Below, one piece after another: positions 28,874 through 38,556 of a stretch of DNA of 64,000 nucleotides. The notes beneath the pieces are model-generated. The model ran no database searches. It worked only from the letters and a program-made list of their open reading frames with translations, and had not been told where the DNA came from. Every line of letters begins with the position of its first letter. The first letter of the stretch is position 1. Position numbers and translations under genes: made by a program. Source of the DNA: Candidatus Multivoradales bacterium (GTDB taxonomy: Bacteria; Acidobacteriota; Thermoanaerobaculia; Multivoradales; J023); assembly GCA_965248925.1 (NCBI GenBank), contig CBDFLE010000006.1:768001-832000 (forward strand), given 5' to 3'.

Positions 28874-31279
28874 TTGATGAAGGGATCCTCGAGGCAAGCA
28901 CTACTATTTCACCCCGAAGTATCCAGTACCGAGGTCTGTGGGGGCCGGTATCAGAGACTGGGTGGGGAGAGAACTTTGAATCGGCTCACGGTTCGCTGCT
29001 TTGGAGAGTTCGACGTGCGGCTTGGCGACCGGCGGGTTACCGGCTTCGAATCGCAGAAGGTGCGAGCTTTGCTGGCTTATCTGGCGGCCCGTCGCGAGCG
29101 CGCCTTCAGCCGCGATCATCTGGCCGGCATGTTGTGGCCAGAGAAGAGCGAAGAGGCTGCCCGACGCAACCTGCGCCAAGCGCTCTACAACCTCAAGTCT
29201 GTGCTCGGTGCTGGCGACCCGGATTCGCAGCCTATCCTCTCGACTCACCGTCAAGTACAGCTCAGCACCGACGCTGACTTCTGGGTCGATGTCGAAGCCT
29301 TCGAAGTCGCTCTGCGGCTGAGCGCCTTCGAGACCCGGCCGGCACCCCATCGATTAGCCGAAGCCGTGGCGCTCTATCGCGGCGACTTCCTCGGCGATTT
29401 CCTGCTCAAGGACAGCCCTGCCTACGAAGTCTGGCTGGTCGCTGAACAGGAGCGGCACCGGGAACGAGTGTTCGAAGCCATGCGCCAGCTGATCGAGAGC
29501 TACATGACTCGCGGCGAATATCGGCTCGGAACCCAATATGCCCTGCGCTTGGTGGGACTGGATCCGCTTTCAGAGAGAGCCCATCGCTATCTGATCCAGC
29601 TCTACACCTTGGCCGGTCGCCGCAGTCGCGCCATGGCGCAATACGAAGACTTGTGCAAGCTGCTCGACCATGAACTCGGCGTTGAGCCAATGGACGAAAC
29701 CCGCGACCTGTACCAGGCTGCGTTGTCGAGAAAAGAAGCCAGGCGAGAAGTGGAGACGGGGCGCGAGGCCAACGGACCGATCATTCCCTTGGTGGGCCGC
29801 GCAGATTCCTACGCCGCCTTGCAGAAAGCGTGGCAGGAAGCGCAACAGGGGCAGGCGCAGCTCACTCTGATGACCGGCAAGCCTGGCGTCGGCAAGACGC
29901 GATTGGTGAAGACCTTTCTCGATGTCGCCAGCTCCGAGGAGGGCAACACCATCTTGCAAGGTCGTGCCAACGACCAGATACCGACTCCTTTCCAGCCATT
30001 CTCCCAGGTGCTGCGCAATGCCGTCGCCACCGACTCCCTTTTGGTCGAGCAAACCTTAGCCAGCACTCCGGTCGAGATCCTGGCCCAGATTGCTCGACTA
30101 GTGCCCGAACTACACGCTCTGCGCCCCGCACTCCCAAAGTTCGACAGCATCGAGTTCGCCTACCAAGGAGAGCAGCTATTCGCCGCTGTTGCCGACTTCT
30201 TTGGCCGCCTCACCAACGATGGCGACTCGCCCCGCACTCTGATCTTGATGCTCGACGATCTTCACTACGCGCTGCCCGAATCCTTCGAGCTGTTGCGCAA
30301 AATCATCACCAGCAATGCTGAGCGGCCACTGTGGGTCATCGCCATCTTTCGCCAGTCAGAGGCCGCTGGCAGCGGCATAACGGAGATGGTTGAGCGGCTA
30401 CAAGACGTTCCCTGCTCAACTATCGAGCTCGGCCGCCTAGCCGACTCCGGAGTAGCCGATCTGGCGGCGGCGTTGGTCGGCGCTGACCAAGCGGCAGAGC
30501 TGGCGGAATTCTTGGCCAAAAACGCCGAAGGGTTGCCGATCAAGCTGGCGGAGTGGGTCAACTTCCTCTGGGATGAGGGAGTGATGGTACCGGCGGAAAG
30601 TCAGTGGCGACTGCTCAAACCGCTGGCCAAGCTCAATATTCCAGCCAAATGTGAACTCCCCGAACTGCTGGTCAGAAGGCTGTTGCGGCTACCCAATTCC
30701 ACCCGCCGGCTAGCGGTACTGGCAGCAGTGATGGGCAAGCTGTTCGACGCCGAGATGCTGCGGGCCGCGGCCGACGAACATCCAGCGGTGATCGAGGTGG
30801 GCCTGGAAGTGCTGCTCGAACGCTGGCTAGCACGCAAGCTGGCCGAAGCCTGGACCACCAGCCACCGCGAGAAAGACCTGGTGATGTGGCAGCGGGGAGT
30901 GCGCAAAGGCAGCTTCGAGTTCAGTCATGAGGCGATTTGGCATGCCTTCTACCATTCGGTGAACATCCAGCGCCGGCGGGCGATGCACGGCGAATTGGCG
31001 GTGGCTCTAGAAGAGTCGCAACCCAACGCGAACGAAATCTACCCTGAGTTGATCGGCAGTCACTACTGGTGGGCCGGGCAACAGGACAAGGCCGCAGAGC
31101 CGCTGCTAGAAGCAGGCCGCAGAGCACAGGACTTGCAGGCCAACGACACCGCCAAGTATTACTTCAACCTCGCCCTCGACGCCCTCGACGAACTGCTCGA
31201 GAGTGGCCGCAAAGGGCCCTGGCTAGGCCAGCGCAATCAAGCAACCCGAGGACTCGAAGAGCTCAATCAACGTTCGTAG
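28874..31279 (+). CDS. SARP/BTAD (AfsR-like) transcriptional activator with AAA ATPase domain
   Basis: ALLAYLA, RNLRQAL, LYRGDFL, DPLSERAHR; Walker A GKPGVGKT; Walker B LMLDDLH. Confidence 0.9.
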   Translation: MMKGSSRQALLFHPEVSSTEVCGGRYQRLGGERTLNRLTVRCFGEFDVRLGDRRVTGFESQKVRALLAYLAARRERAFSRDHLAGMLWPEKSEEAARRNLRQALYNLKSVLGAGDPDSQPILSTHRQVQLSTDADFWVDVEAFEVALRLSAFETRPAPHRLAEAVALYRGDFLGDFLLKDSPAYEVWLVAEQERHRERVFEAMRQLIESYMTRGEYRLGTQYALRLVGLDPLSERAHRYLIQLYTLAGRRSRAMAQYEDLCKLLDHELGVEPMDETRDLYQAALSRKEARREVETGREANGPIIPLVGRADSYAALQKAWQEAQQGQAQLTLMTGKPGVGKTRLVKTFLDVASSEEGNTILQGRANDQIPTPFQPFSQVLRNAVATDSLLVEQTLASTPVEILAQIARLVPELHALRPALPKFDSIEFAYQGEQLFAAVADFFGRLTNDGDSPRTLILMLDDLHYALPESFELLRKIITSNAERPLWVIAIFRQSEAAGSGITEMVERLQDVPCSTIELGRLADSGVADLAAALVGADQAAELAEFLAKNAEGLPIKLAEWVNFLWDEGVMVPAESQWRLLKPLAKLNIPAKCELPELLVRRLLRLPNSTRRLAVLAAVMGKLFDAEMLRAAADEHPAVIEVGLEVLLERWLARKLAEAWTTSHREKDLVMWQRGVRKGSFEFSHEAIWHAFYHSVNIQRRRAMHGELAVALEESQPNANEIYPELIGSHYWWAGQQDKAAEPLLEAGRRAQDLQANDTAKYYFNLALDALDELLESGRKGPWLGQRNQATRGLEELNQRS

Positions 31280-32028
31280 GCGGTTCTCAACCAACCCTGG
31301 CGATGGGCCAGTGCCACCGCCGCCCGACGATTCGGCACCTTGAGCTTGGCCAGTATGTTGTGTACATGGTTTTTCACCGTATGCACCGAGAGGAACAACC
31401 GTTGGCCAATCTCTTTGTTGCGCAGACCGCCGGAGATCAGCTTCAGAACCTCGACTTCGCGCGACGACAGCAGTTCACAAAAGCCGGTCTGCTGCGCTCT
31501 TTGACGGCGTGCCAACTGGCTCAACCGCGACAGGGCGATCCGGGTCAACCGACTCGACAACAACGCCTCTCCCGCGGCCACTCGGCGAATCCCTCGAGCC
31601 AACTCGTCGCTGGCACAACCTTCGGTCACAAAGCCCGTCACTCCGGCTTCGACCAACGCCAGGCTCTGCAGGTCGCCGACATCACCCTGAATCAAGATTG
31701 GCAGAGCCGGATCGATGGCCGCGAGATCGCTCACCAAAGTCAAGGTCAGCTCAGCATGGCCGGTGGCGCTCAGCAGCACCAGATCTGGCCGCTCGGACGC
31801 CAACGTCGCAACAAGATTAACTGCCGAAGGGTCCATTGCCTGCGAAATCAGGCGTTGGTCGGCCGCGAACAGACGGTTGAGCCACTGACGAACGAAGCTG
31901 CGCGAATCGAAGATCAAAACCCGAAGAGGCAACGGCGCAGATTGCCACAGCTGCTCAACATCAGGATTGCGAAGCATTGAGTCTGGGGGGGTAAGGGAGG
32001 AAAAGCTGACGGAATCGGCGATCGGCAT
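31267..32028 (-). CDS. NarL/LuxR-family response regulator with atypical receiver
   Basis: LSSREVEVL...NKEIG...TVKNHVHNILAKL HTH; PDLVLLS has Ser at the phosphoacceptor position. Confidence 0.88.
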   Translation of the reverse strand: MPIADSVSFSSLTPPDSMLRNPDVEQLWQSAPLPLRVLIFDSRSFVRQWLNRLFAADQRLISQAMDPSAVNLVATLASERPDLVLLSATGHAELTLTLVSDLAAIDPALPILIQGDVGDLQSLALVEAGVTGFVTEGCASDELARGIRRVAAGEALLSSRLTRIALSRLSQLARRQRAQQTGFCELLSSREVEVLKLISGGLRNKEIGQRLFLSVHTVKNHVHNILAKLKVPNRRAAVALAHRQGWLRTAYER

Positions 32029-32101
32029 GTTAACTCTCCTTAACGGGTCGGCGGCGACCCAAATCGGCCGATCAACAAAACGGCCGGCGGTGCGCTCAAT
32101 G

Positions 32102-32131
32102 TCTACAGAGATCTACTGAGATCTATAGAGA
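32102..32131. repeat. Three 10-bp direct repeats, possible operator
   Basis: TCTACAGAGA TCTACTGAGA TCTATAGAGA between the divergent LuxR-family and mbtH genes. Confidence 0.7.
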
Positions 32132-32449
32132 GCATTTTTCATGCCACCCCCCAACACAGCGAGCCACACCGGTTCGATCCTGGCACCGCCCACTAAGTTG
32201 GCGCACTCACTCTTCTCCAATGCCAACTCCGGGTTCACCTGCCAACCATCTGGACAATCGCCTCACGGATTTTGACGGACTGAGAAATCTCCTTTTGCAG
32301 AGGATTTTTCCCCAGCTTTTGTAGCCTGCCAGCAACCGTTCGGCACAGTGGTAATCTGCACCGAGAGAACATGCCTGCAAGGCAGCACTAGCCAACCTGA
32401 TGGTCCAGCGAGCTCTGCGAGGCTCAGCGACCGCGACGAGGAGCCCAAC

Positions 32450-32686
32450 ATGAGCTGGGACGAGGAAGACGATAAGACTGTATACAAGGTAGTCATCAAC
32501 CACGAAGAGCAGTACTCCATCTGGCCCGTCGATCGGGAAAACGCCCTCGGCTGGAACGATGTCGGCAAAGAAGGCACCAAGAAAGAGTGCCTGGATCACA
32601 TCGAAGAGGTGTGGACCGACATGCGCCCATTGAGCTTGCGCAAGAAGATGGAAGAGATGGAGAGAGAGGCCGCCAAAAGCGAGTGA
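32450..32686 (+). CDS. mbtH: MbtH-like protein
   Basis: [13 protein letters not shown]...GW...[18 protein letters not shown] signature. Confidence 0.95.
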   Translation: MSWDEEDDKTVYKVVINHEEQYSIWPVDRENALGWNDVGKEGTKKECLDHIEEVWTDMRPLSLRKKMEEMEREAAKSE

Positions 32687-32812
32687 GCCACGGCAGACTC
32701 GCCAAATTCAGCACACTTGGATCCGCGAGCAGTGACCTAGTACCGTGATCTAGCACTGAAATCTAGCGTACTGCTCAAACACTCTGCTCAAACACCGTGA
32801 GGAGGACGACCC

Positions 32813-33151
32813 ATGGCCGAAATGGGTGCCTACTGCAAAGCCTACTACGCCAAAGACTTCCGCCAGTTCGACGACTGGAAGGAGAATATCGAGGCGCTAC
32901 GTCCAGAAAGCCGGGAAGAGAACGGCCAGGAGATCGAGGAACCGCGCTCCGAACTCAAGGACGACGACATCCTCTACCTGCAAGAAGACTACGTCGTCAC
33001 CGACGGCATCATGAAGGACGAGAACATCATCTTCGACCAGGTCACCGATCTGTGGAAGACCTTCTGCGCCGAGACCTTGAGCTTTGAGATCCCGGTCTAT
33101 GAACCGATCGAGATCAAGACCAGCGAAGAACCGGCCGACGCCGAAGCCTGA
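32813..33151 (+). CDS. Conserved acidic hypothetical protein
   Basis: Strong RBS and codon bias; MGAYCKAY...YLQEDYVVTDGI...IIFD...W..FC pattern, recalled from NRPS-associated hypotheticals. Confidence 0.75.
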   Translation: MAEMGAYCKAYYAKDFRQFDDWKENIEALRPESREENGQEIEEPRSELKDDDILYLQEDYVVTDGIMKDENIIFDQVTDLWKTFCAETLSFEIPVYEPIEIKTSEEPADAEA

Positions 33152-33160
33152 CCCCACTAG

Positions 33161-33184
33161 CCCGGCCGGGAACGCCCGACCGGG
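33161..33184. terminator. GC-rich hairpin between convergent genes
   Basis: CCCGGCCGGG-AACG-CCCGACCGGG; no U-tract. Confidence 0.4.
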
Positions 33185-33248
33185 TACTAACCCCAACATC
33201 ATCGACCGCAGCTACCTGCCCGCCCCCACCGAGGGAGGCGCCGCAGAG

Positions 33249-34010
33249 TCAGAGCATCTGCGCCGGAACCACCTTCCAACCCGTCGCCCGCAGACCATGG
33301 CGTTCGACGCACAACGCACCGGCGTAGCCCGAGGCCGGACGCAAATCCACCAGGGCCCAAGCTGCGGCGCTTTCGGCACTTCCATCCAAGCGCAGCATTC
33401 GCGCCTTCTCTCCCGGAGCCAGGGTCAGGTCGAAGCGATCCAGGGGTGCCGAAAGCCCGTCTCCAGTCGCTTTCAGATAAGCCTCTTTTCGCGTCCAGCA
33501 GTTGAAGAATCCCACGGTCCGCTGGCTGCTTGGCAAGGCGCGAAAGACCGCCGCCTCGGTGCTCGAAAAAAAGCGTTCAGCAATGCTGCCGGCGTCGGGT
33601 AGGGGACGCAGGTGCTCGATATCCACGCCCAGAGGCAGGGCTCGAGTAAAGCCGATCAACACCCGCTCCTCGGAGTGAGAGACGTTGAAAAACAGCAGCT
33701 CTTGATCGCCGGTCGCCAGCGAAGGCTTACCCTTGGCACCGTAGACGAAACGGTGGCTGGCCGGCGGCCGGCGCAAATAGGCGCTCAACAAATGACGCAG
33801 CATTCCCCGGGCAACGATAAATCGCCGCCGGTCGCGGTCAAAGTGAAAGCGGGCCGCGCGCTCGAGTTCGTCGACCGACAAGACCGCACGCATCCGACCC
33901 TGATCCGCCGCACCAGGGTCGAGAGCCGCCGAGTAGAGGTGTACCTCGTCTTGCTCGAGTTCTGGTTGACCGAGCACCCCACCGTAGACAATGAACCGCA
34001 GACCGCTCAC
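33249..34010 (-). CDS. Sfp/HetI-type 4'-phosphopantetheinyl transferase
   Basis: GKP, FNVSHS, LGVDIE, WTRKEAYLKATG. Confidence 0.93.
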   Translation of the reverse strand: MSGLRFIVYGGVLGQPELEQDEVHLYSAALDPGAADQGRMRAVLSVDELERAARFHFDRDRRRFIVARGMLRHLLSAYLRRPPASHRFVYGAKGKPSLATGDQELLFFNVSHSEERVLIGFTRALPLGVDIEHLRPLPDAGSIAERFFSSTEAAVFRALPSSQRTVGFFNCWTRKEAYLKATGDGLSAPLDRFDLTLAPGEKARMLRLDGSAESAAAWALVDLRPASGYAGALCVERHGLRATGWKVVPAQML

Positions 34011-34774
34011 TGGGCGGGCATCACCTGAGCCAGGTCAGCGGCCACCGCCGCCAGCAAACGGTCCATCTGCGGATGTAGAAAGAAGTGATCGCCAGGAAAC
34101 ATCCGCAGCCGGAAGCGCGCCTGGCTAACAACCTGCCAGGCCTCCAGGTGCTGGCGCTCGACTTCGGGATCCTCGAGCCCCCCATAGGCGAACATCGGCA
34201 CCGCCAACGGCGGCCGTTCGCCCGGCGTGTAGGTTTCGATCAGTTCGAAATCAGCCCGCAGCAAAGGCAACATCAAAGCCATCAACTCCGGATTCTCAAG
34301 CACCGCCTCGGGGGTGCCGTCGAGTTCTCGCAGCTTGGCCTTGAACTCGGCCTCGGGCAAGCCGTACATCGGCGGATCATCGTCGGGAAGGTGCGGCGCC
34401 CGACGGCCCGAAACCAACAGAGCGAGAGGCTCTTGACGACCCTCGAGGCGCAACTGATGCGCCAGCTCGAAAACGATCGCCGCCCCCAAGCTGTGACCAA
34501 AGAACGCGAAGGGCTGATCCATGAAGGGAGATAGAGCCGGGATCAGAGAATCGATCAGCGGCTCAAAGCTAACAAAGGGCCTCTCCATCAGGCGCGATTC
34601 GCGACCGGGAAGCTGCACTGGCAGGACTTCGATTTCGGCGGCCGCGAGTGACTTCCCCCATTGCCGATAGATCGAAGCTCCGCCGCCGGCGTAGGGGAAG
34701 CAAAATAGCCGCAAGCGGGCCCGCGGGTTAGGTTGACGAAAAAATATCCAAGGCTTGTCCTGAGCGACGGGCAC
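34007..34774 (-). CDS. Type II thioesterase (GrsT-like)
   Basis: FPYAGGGAS, QLPGRE, GHSLG, LRADF, GDHFF. Confidence 0.93.
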   Translation of the reverse strand: MPVAQDKPWIFFRQPNPRARLRLFCFPYAGGGASIYRQWGKSLAAAEIEVLPVQLPGRESRLMERPFVSFEPLIDSLIPALSPFMDQPFAFFGHSLGAAIVFELAHQLRLEGRQEPLALLVSGRRAPHLPDDDPPMYGLPEAEFKAKLRELDGTPEAVLENPELMALMLPLLRADFELIETYTPGERPPLAVPMFAYGGLEDPEVERQHLEAWQVVSQARFRLRMFPGDHFFLHPQMDRLLAAVAADLAQVMPAQ

Positions 34775-34882
34775 GATCTCTACCTCCTGGTGGGGTCGTC
34801 AAGCCTGGAGAGGCGCGGTAGCTGGAAGGTGAATTTACACCAGCCGCGAGAGGCGATCCAGCCTTAGTAGCTCCGCAGAGAA

Positions 34883-36382
34883 TCATTCACCAAAGGCATC
34901 ACGGTCGAGCAACTGCTCAGCGACCTGGTGCCGCAGCTCGACCAACTCTGGCCGTTCGCCACAGCGCATCAACGCTTCTTGCAGCGTTGCCATAGCTCGC
35001 TCTGGCCAGCGGTTGGCCAGCAACCGACGAATCTCCGCGGTCATCTGCTCCAGCTCTTCGGCGCTGACCTCTCGCCGCTGACCCACGGCGGTCCGCTGGT
35101 CGCCTTCGGCCAGGGTCGAATTCGAGCTTTGCCGAGCGGCCCGCTCCGCCAGTTGGTGTTCAATTTCTACCGCCAGTCTGCGGCCCTCGGGATTGGACAG
35201 GGAAATATCGAGCGCTGCTCGCGCCTTGCCGAGCGCATCCTCGAGCTGGCCCTGAGCACGTAGCTCATTCGCTTGCCGGCAAAGCTGAGCAAAGCTCTGC
35301 CGCCGCTGCTGACACTGACGTTCCCGAGCTGACGGCGACGGACTGGCTAGCGTCGGCGCAGCGGACGGTAGGGAGTCCTCGGGCCGCCCCACTGCAACCG
35401 CGGGTCGCGCAACGACGACGGTGGGAGCATCGACCCACTGCACCCTAGCCGGCCGCGGTGTCGCCACCGTGGTTTGTTCGGCTGGCGGCGTGGGACGCCG
35501 CAAGCCTATTTCGAGATCCTCGGCGGCGCAGGGATGAGCCGCGCCGAGAAACTCCACCGAGCGCAACATGCCGGCCGCATCTCGGGGTCTCGCGGCGGCA
35601 TCCTTGGCCAAGGCGGCGAGCACCAGCCGGCGCAGCTCATTGGGCACCCGCCGCTGCGGGTCACTGCGAGCGAACTCCAGCGGTGATCCGCTGAGGTGGC
35701 CGGTGATCAGCTGTTCGACACTGCTGCCGGCGATCGGATGCTGGCCGGTGAAGAGCTGGTAGAAAACCACCCCCAGTGAGTAGAGATCGCTCTGCGGCAC
35801 CAGTAAGCCTTCGGACAACATCTCTGGCGCGGCATACCGCAACCAGTCCAGCGGCCAAGAGCGCGGCGGCGCGGTCGCATCATCGAGCTGCGGCACCAGC
35901 CCAGGTTCCACCAGCTTGACCTCCGGGCCACCCTCAACATGCCGCGCCAGCATCAGGTTGTCAGCCGACAAGTGGCGGTGTACTACCTGGTGGCGATGCA
36001 GATGGCCCACCGCGCGCAACACCTGACGGGCGATCGCCAAGCCCAATCCCAAAGGCGGCGGAGTGCCGCTAGAGACCAGTTCCTCAAGGCTGATTCCGGC
36101 GACATATTCCAGCACCACATGGGCCAAGCCTTGGTTGTCGATCGAGAAATCGTAGAGCCGGGCAATATTGGGATGGCTCAAACGGCTGACCGCCTGTGCC
36201 CGGGCAACAAATGCGTCGCGCAATGCCGGATTATCGAGCCGCGGCTGCAGCACCTTGGCGACCCGCAAGTCACCGAGCAAGCGGTGGCGAACCTGGTACA
36301 AGCTACCGCTGGATCCTTGATGGATCCGCTTGACGATCTCGTAAGCCTCGGTGAGTTCCGCGGGGATGCGACTCATCGCCAC
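34883..36382 (-). CDS. Hanks-type Ser/Thr kinase-fold protein, likely a pseudokinase
   Basis: VAK, HPNI, YAAPE and SDLYSLG present; HRD replaced by HRH and DFG by EPG. Confidence 0.85.
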   Translation of the reverse strand: MAMSRIPAELTEAYEIVKRIHQGSSGSLYQVRHRLLGDLRVAKVLQPRLDNPALRDAFVARAQAVSRLSHPNIARLYDFSIDNQGLAHVVLEYVAGISLEELVSSGTPPPLGLGLAIARQVLRAVGHLHRHQVVHRHLSADNLMLARHVEGGPEVKLVEPGLVPQLDDATAPPRSWPLDWLRYAAPEMLSEGLLVPQSDLYSLGVVFYQLFTGQHPIAGSSVEQLITGHLSGSPLEFARSDPQRRVPNELRRLVLAALAKDAAARPRDAAGMLRSVEFLGAAHPCAAEDLEIGLRRPTPPAEQTTVATPRPARVQWVDAPTVVVARPAVAVGRPEDSLPSAAPTLASPSPSARERQCQQRRQSFAQLCRQANELRAQGQLEDALGKARAALDISLSNPEGRRLAVEIEHQLAERAARQSSNSTLAEGDQRTAVGQRREVSAEELEQMTAEIRRLLANRWPERAMATLQEALMRCGERPELVELRHQVAEQLLDRDAFGE

Positions 36383-36434
36383 ACCTCGGCCCGCGAGGCG
36401 GCAGGTCTAGAGTTCATGAACAGCTTTCGCCAGG

Positions 36435-37730
36435 CTAGAAATAGCTCAGTATCTCGCGCGCCGAGGCGGCTTCCGGATGCCCCGGCGCCAACTCCAAGAA
36501 GCGTTCTAGATGACGTCGCGCCGGGCCGGTCTCGCCGGCTGAGGAGTGGCACAAGCCCAGGGTGTAGTGGGCATCGGCCATCTCCGGCCGCAGTTCGAGC
36601 AAGTGGCTCAGTGCCGCTTTCGCCGGCTCCAGGGCACCGGAGCGAAAGTCCATCTCCGCCCGGCGGTACAGCATGCCGATGGCGGCTTCTGGGGCAACTG
36701 CCAGGTAATCGTCAAAGGCCTCCAGGGTGGCGGCATCCTGGCGCGCATCTCGCGCCAAATAGCGAATGCGGAAACCGGGCTCACTCTGGGGCGCCTGCAG
36801 GACCAGGCGCTCGGCCATGGCCAGGGCTTGGTCATACTGCCCCCGATTGAACAGCAGAGTGGCGAGTGTTTCGAGCGGTTGCGCTAGGGTTGGGTCGAGT
36901 TCGCTGGACTCACGCAGCAGTAGGATAGCTCGGTCGATATCGTCGGCCTGCACCGCCGCGACCCCTTGGTTGTAGGCATCGGCCGCCAAGCCGGCGGTAG
37001 CTTCGAGAGCCGTGAGGCGTTCGATCAGCTGAGTCCTCTCTGCTGTCCCCTCCCGCCGCAACGCCAAGCGATAGGCCAGCCGCAAGCCTTGGGGATGGTC
37101 TGGACGAACCGCCAACAAAGCCGTGATCGCTTCATCGGCGGCAGCGTTCTCGCCATCGTGAAAGTAGATGTCGGCAAGCCCAAGGAGAGCTTCCGGCATC
37201 TTCGGTTGCTTGGACCGAGCGAGTAGGAACTTGGCTTTCGCCGTAGCCATGTCCTCGGCTTGAAATGCTTGCACTCCCTCGTTGTAAGCCAGCGCCGCCT
37301 CTCGCCGCGCCGCCGCCTGGTCGTCCACCAAGCGGAACTCGAGCTGTTGCCGCATCCCTGACTCGATCAACAGCGAGGTGCGATAGGGGCCATAGCCCTC
37401 CTTGGTCAAGGCAAACTGATAGTTGCCGCCTTCCGGCAGCTCGACTTCGAACCTGCCCTGCTCGTCGCTGCGCGTTTGCCGCTGCACCGCCGCATCGCCC
37501 GCCGCATCGATCAGCACTTCGACACCACTCAGCCGCGCGCCAGCCTGGTCGATCACCTGCCCTTCGATCTGGCAAGCTTTCTGGCGCGATTTCTTACCCT
37601 TCTTGGCCACCGCCGGTGCCGCCACTCCAAGCAGCAGGGCTGCGGCGAGCGTCCCAGCCAAGGCCGACGAGGCAATTCGAGTCCTCATGCCACTGATCTC
37701 CAGTTCAGGTTCCGTGAATCGCTCATTCAC
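36435..37730 (-). CDS. Secreted carboxypeptidase-regulatory-like domain plus TPR protein
   Basis: Signal peptide; IEGQVIDQAG...SDEQGRF...KEGY; multiple TPR repeats. Confidence 0.85.
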   Translation of the reverse strand: MNERFTEPELEISGMRTRIASSALAGTLAAALLLGVAAPAVAKKGKKSRQKACQIEGQVIDQAGARLSGVEVLIDAAGDAAVQRQTRSDEQGRFEVELPEGGNYQFALTKEGYGPYRTSLLIESGMRQQLEFRLVDDQAAARREAALAYNEGVQAFQAEDMATAKAKFLLARSKQPKMPEALLGLADIYFHDGENAAADEAITALLAVRPDHPQGLRLAYRLALRREGTAERTQLIERLTALEATAGLAADAYNQGVAAVQADDIDRAILLLRESSELDPTLAQPLETLATLLFNRGQYDQALAMAERLVLQAPQSEPGFRIRYLARDARQDAATLEAFDDYLAVAPEAAIGMLYRRAEMDFRSGALEPAKAALSHLLELRPEMADAHYTLGLCHSSAGETGPARRHLERFLELAPGHPEAASAREILSYF

Positions 37731-38409
37731 TCGCCGAGGTCACTGCGGCGGCATCCACCCACAGCTTTCCTGCCGCTTCACTACCGATCGTCACGTCCAC
37801 GCCGTCGCCAGCCCGCAGGGTCACCGAATCCGCAATTCGATCGCGACCTCGCACCGCCACCTGCGCCCCCGGCTTGAGCCCATGCCGTTCGGCAAACTTG
37901 AGAAACGCCTCGTCTTGATCACTGACCCGGACGATCTGCGCCGACCGGCCGGCTGGACACTCCGCCAGGCTGATCACCTCAGTGGCATGCAAAGCGCCGC
38001 TCAGATCGGGAATTGGGTCGCCGTGGGGATCGGTGCGAGGGAAACCGAGCAGCGCGTCGATGCGGTCCACCAGCTTGTCCGACATGGCATGTTCGAGGCG
38101 TTCAGCCTCCTCGTGCACCTCCGACCAATCGAGCCCGAGCGTCTCGACCAGGAAGAGTTCGATCAAGCGATGCCGGCGCAGCACAAACAACGCCTGACGG
38201 CGCCCCTTCTCGGTCAGGCGCACCCCGCTGTAGGGCTCATAAACCAGATCCGCGCTGCGCTCCAACGCCTTGACCATCGCCGTCACCGTACCCGGAGCAA
38301 CCTCTTGAGCGACCGCGATCTGGCCCATGTTGACCAGCTCACCCTCGCCCAGACGCTCCTCCAGCATCAAGATGGTCTTGAGATAGTCCTCAACAGTGCT
38401 GGTCGCCAT
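37723..38409 (-). CDS. DtxR/MntR-family metal-dependent repressor with FeoA domain
   Basis: VEDYLK, RRHRLIELFL, VHEEAERLEH, DPHGDPIP. Confidence 0.93.
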   Translation of the reverse strand: MATSTVEDYLKTILMLEERLGEGELVNMGQIAVAQEVAPGTVTAMVKALERSADLVYEPYSGVRLTEKGRRQALFVLRRHRLIELFLVETLGLDWSEVHEEAERLEHAMSDKLVDRIDALLGFPRTDPHGDPIPDLSGALHATEVISLAECPAGRSAQIVRVSDQDEAFLKFAERHGLKPGAQVAVRGRDRIADSVTLRAGDGVDVTIGSEAAGKLWVDAAAVTSASE

Positions 38410-38556
38410 GACCCGAGGATACCGCAGGCCGGCATACCAATGCACCCACCACGGCATGCTGCCGGCTGGGGGAGTCGATCGGGTTCTTGAGTGCCCCTGC
38501 TCCCCAATCAACTGGACCGCCTAAGTGGCTAAATAGACTCCCAGCGAATGCCGCTA

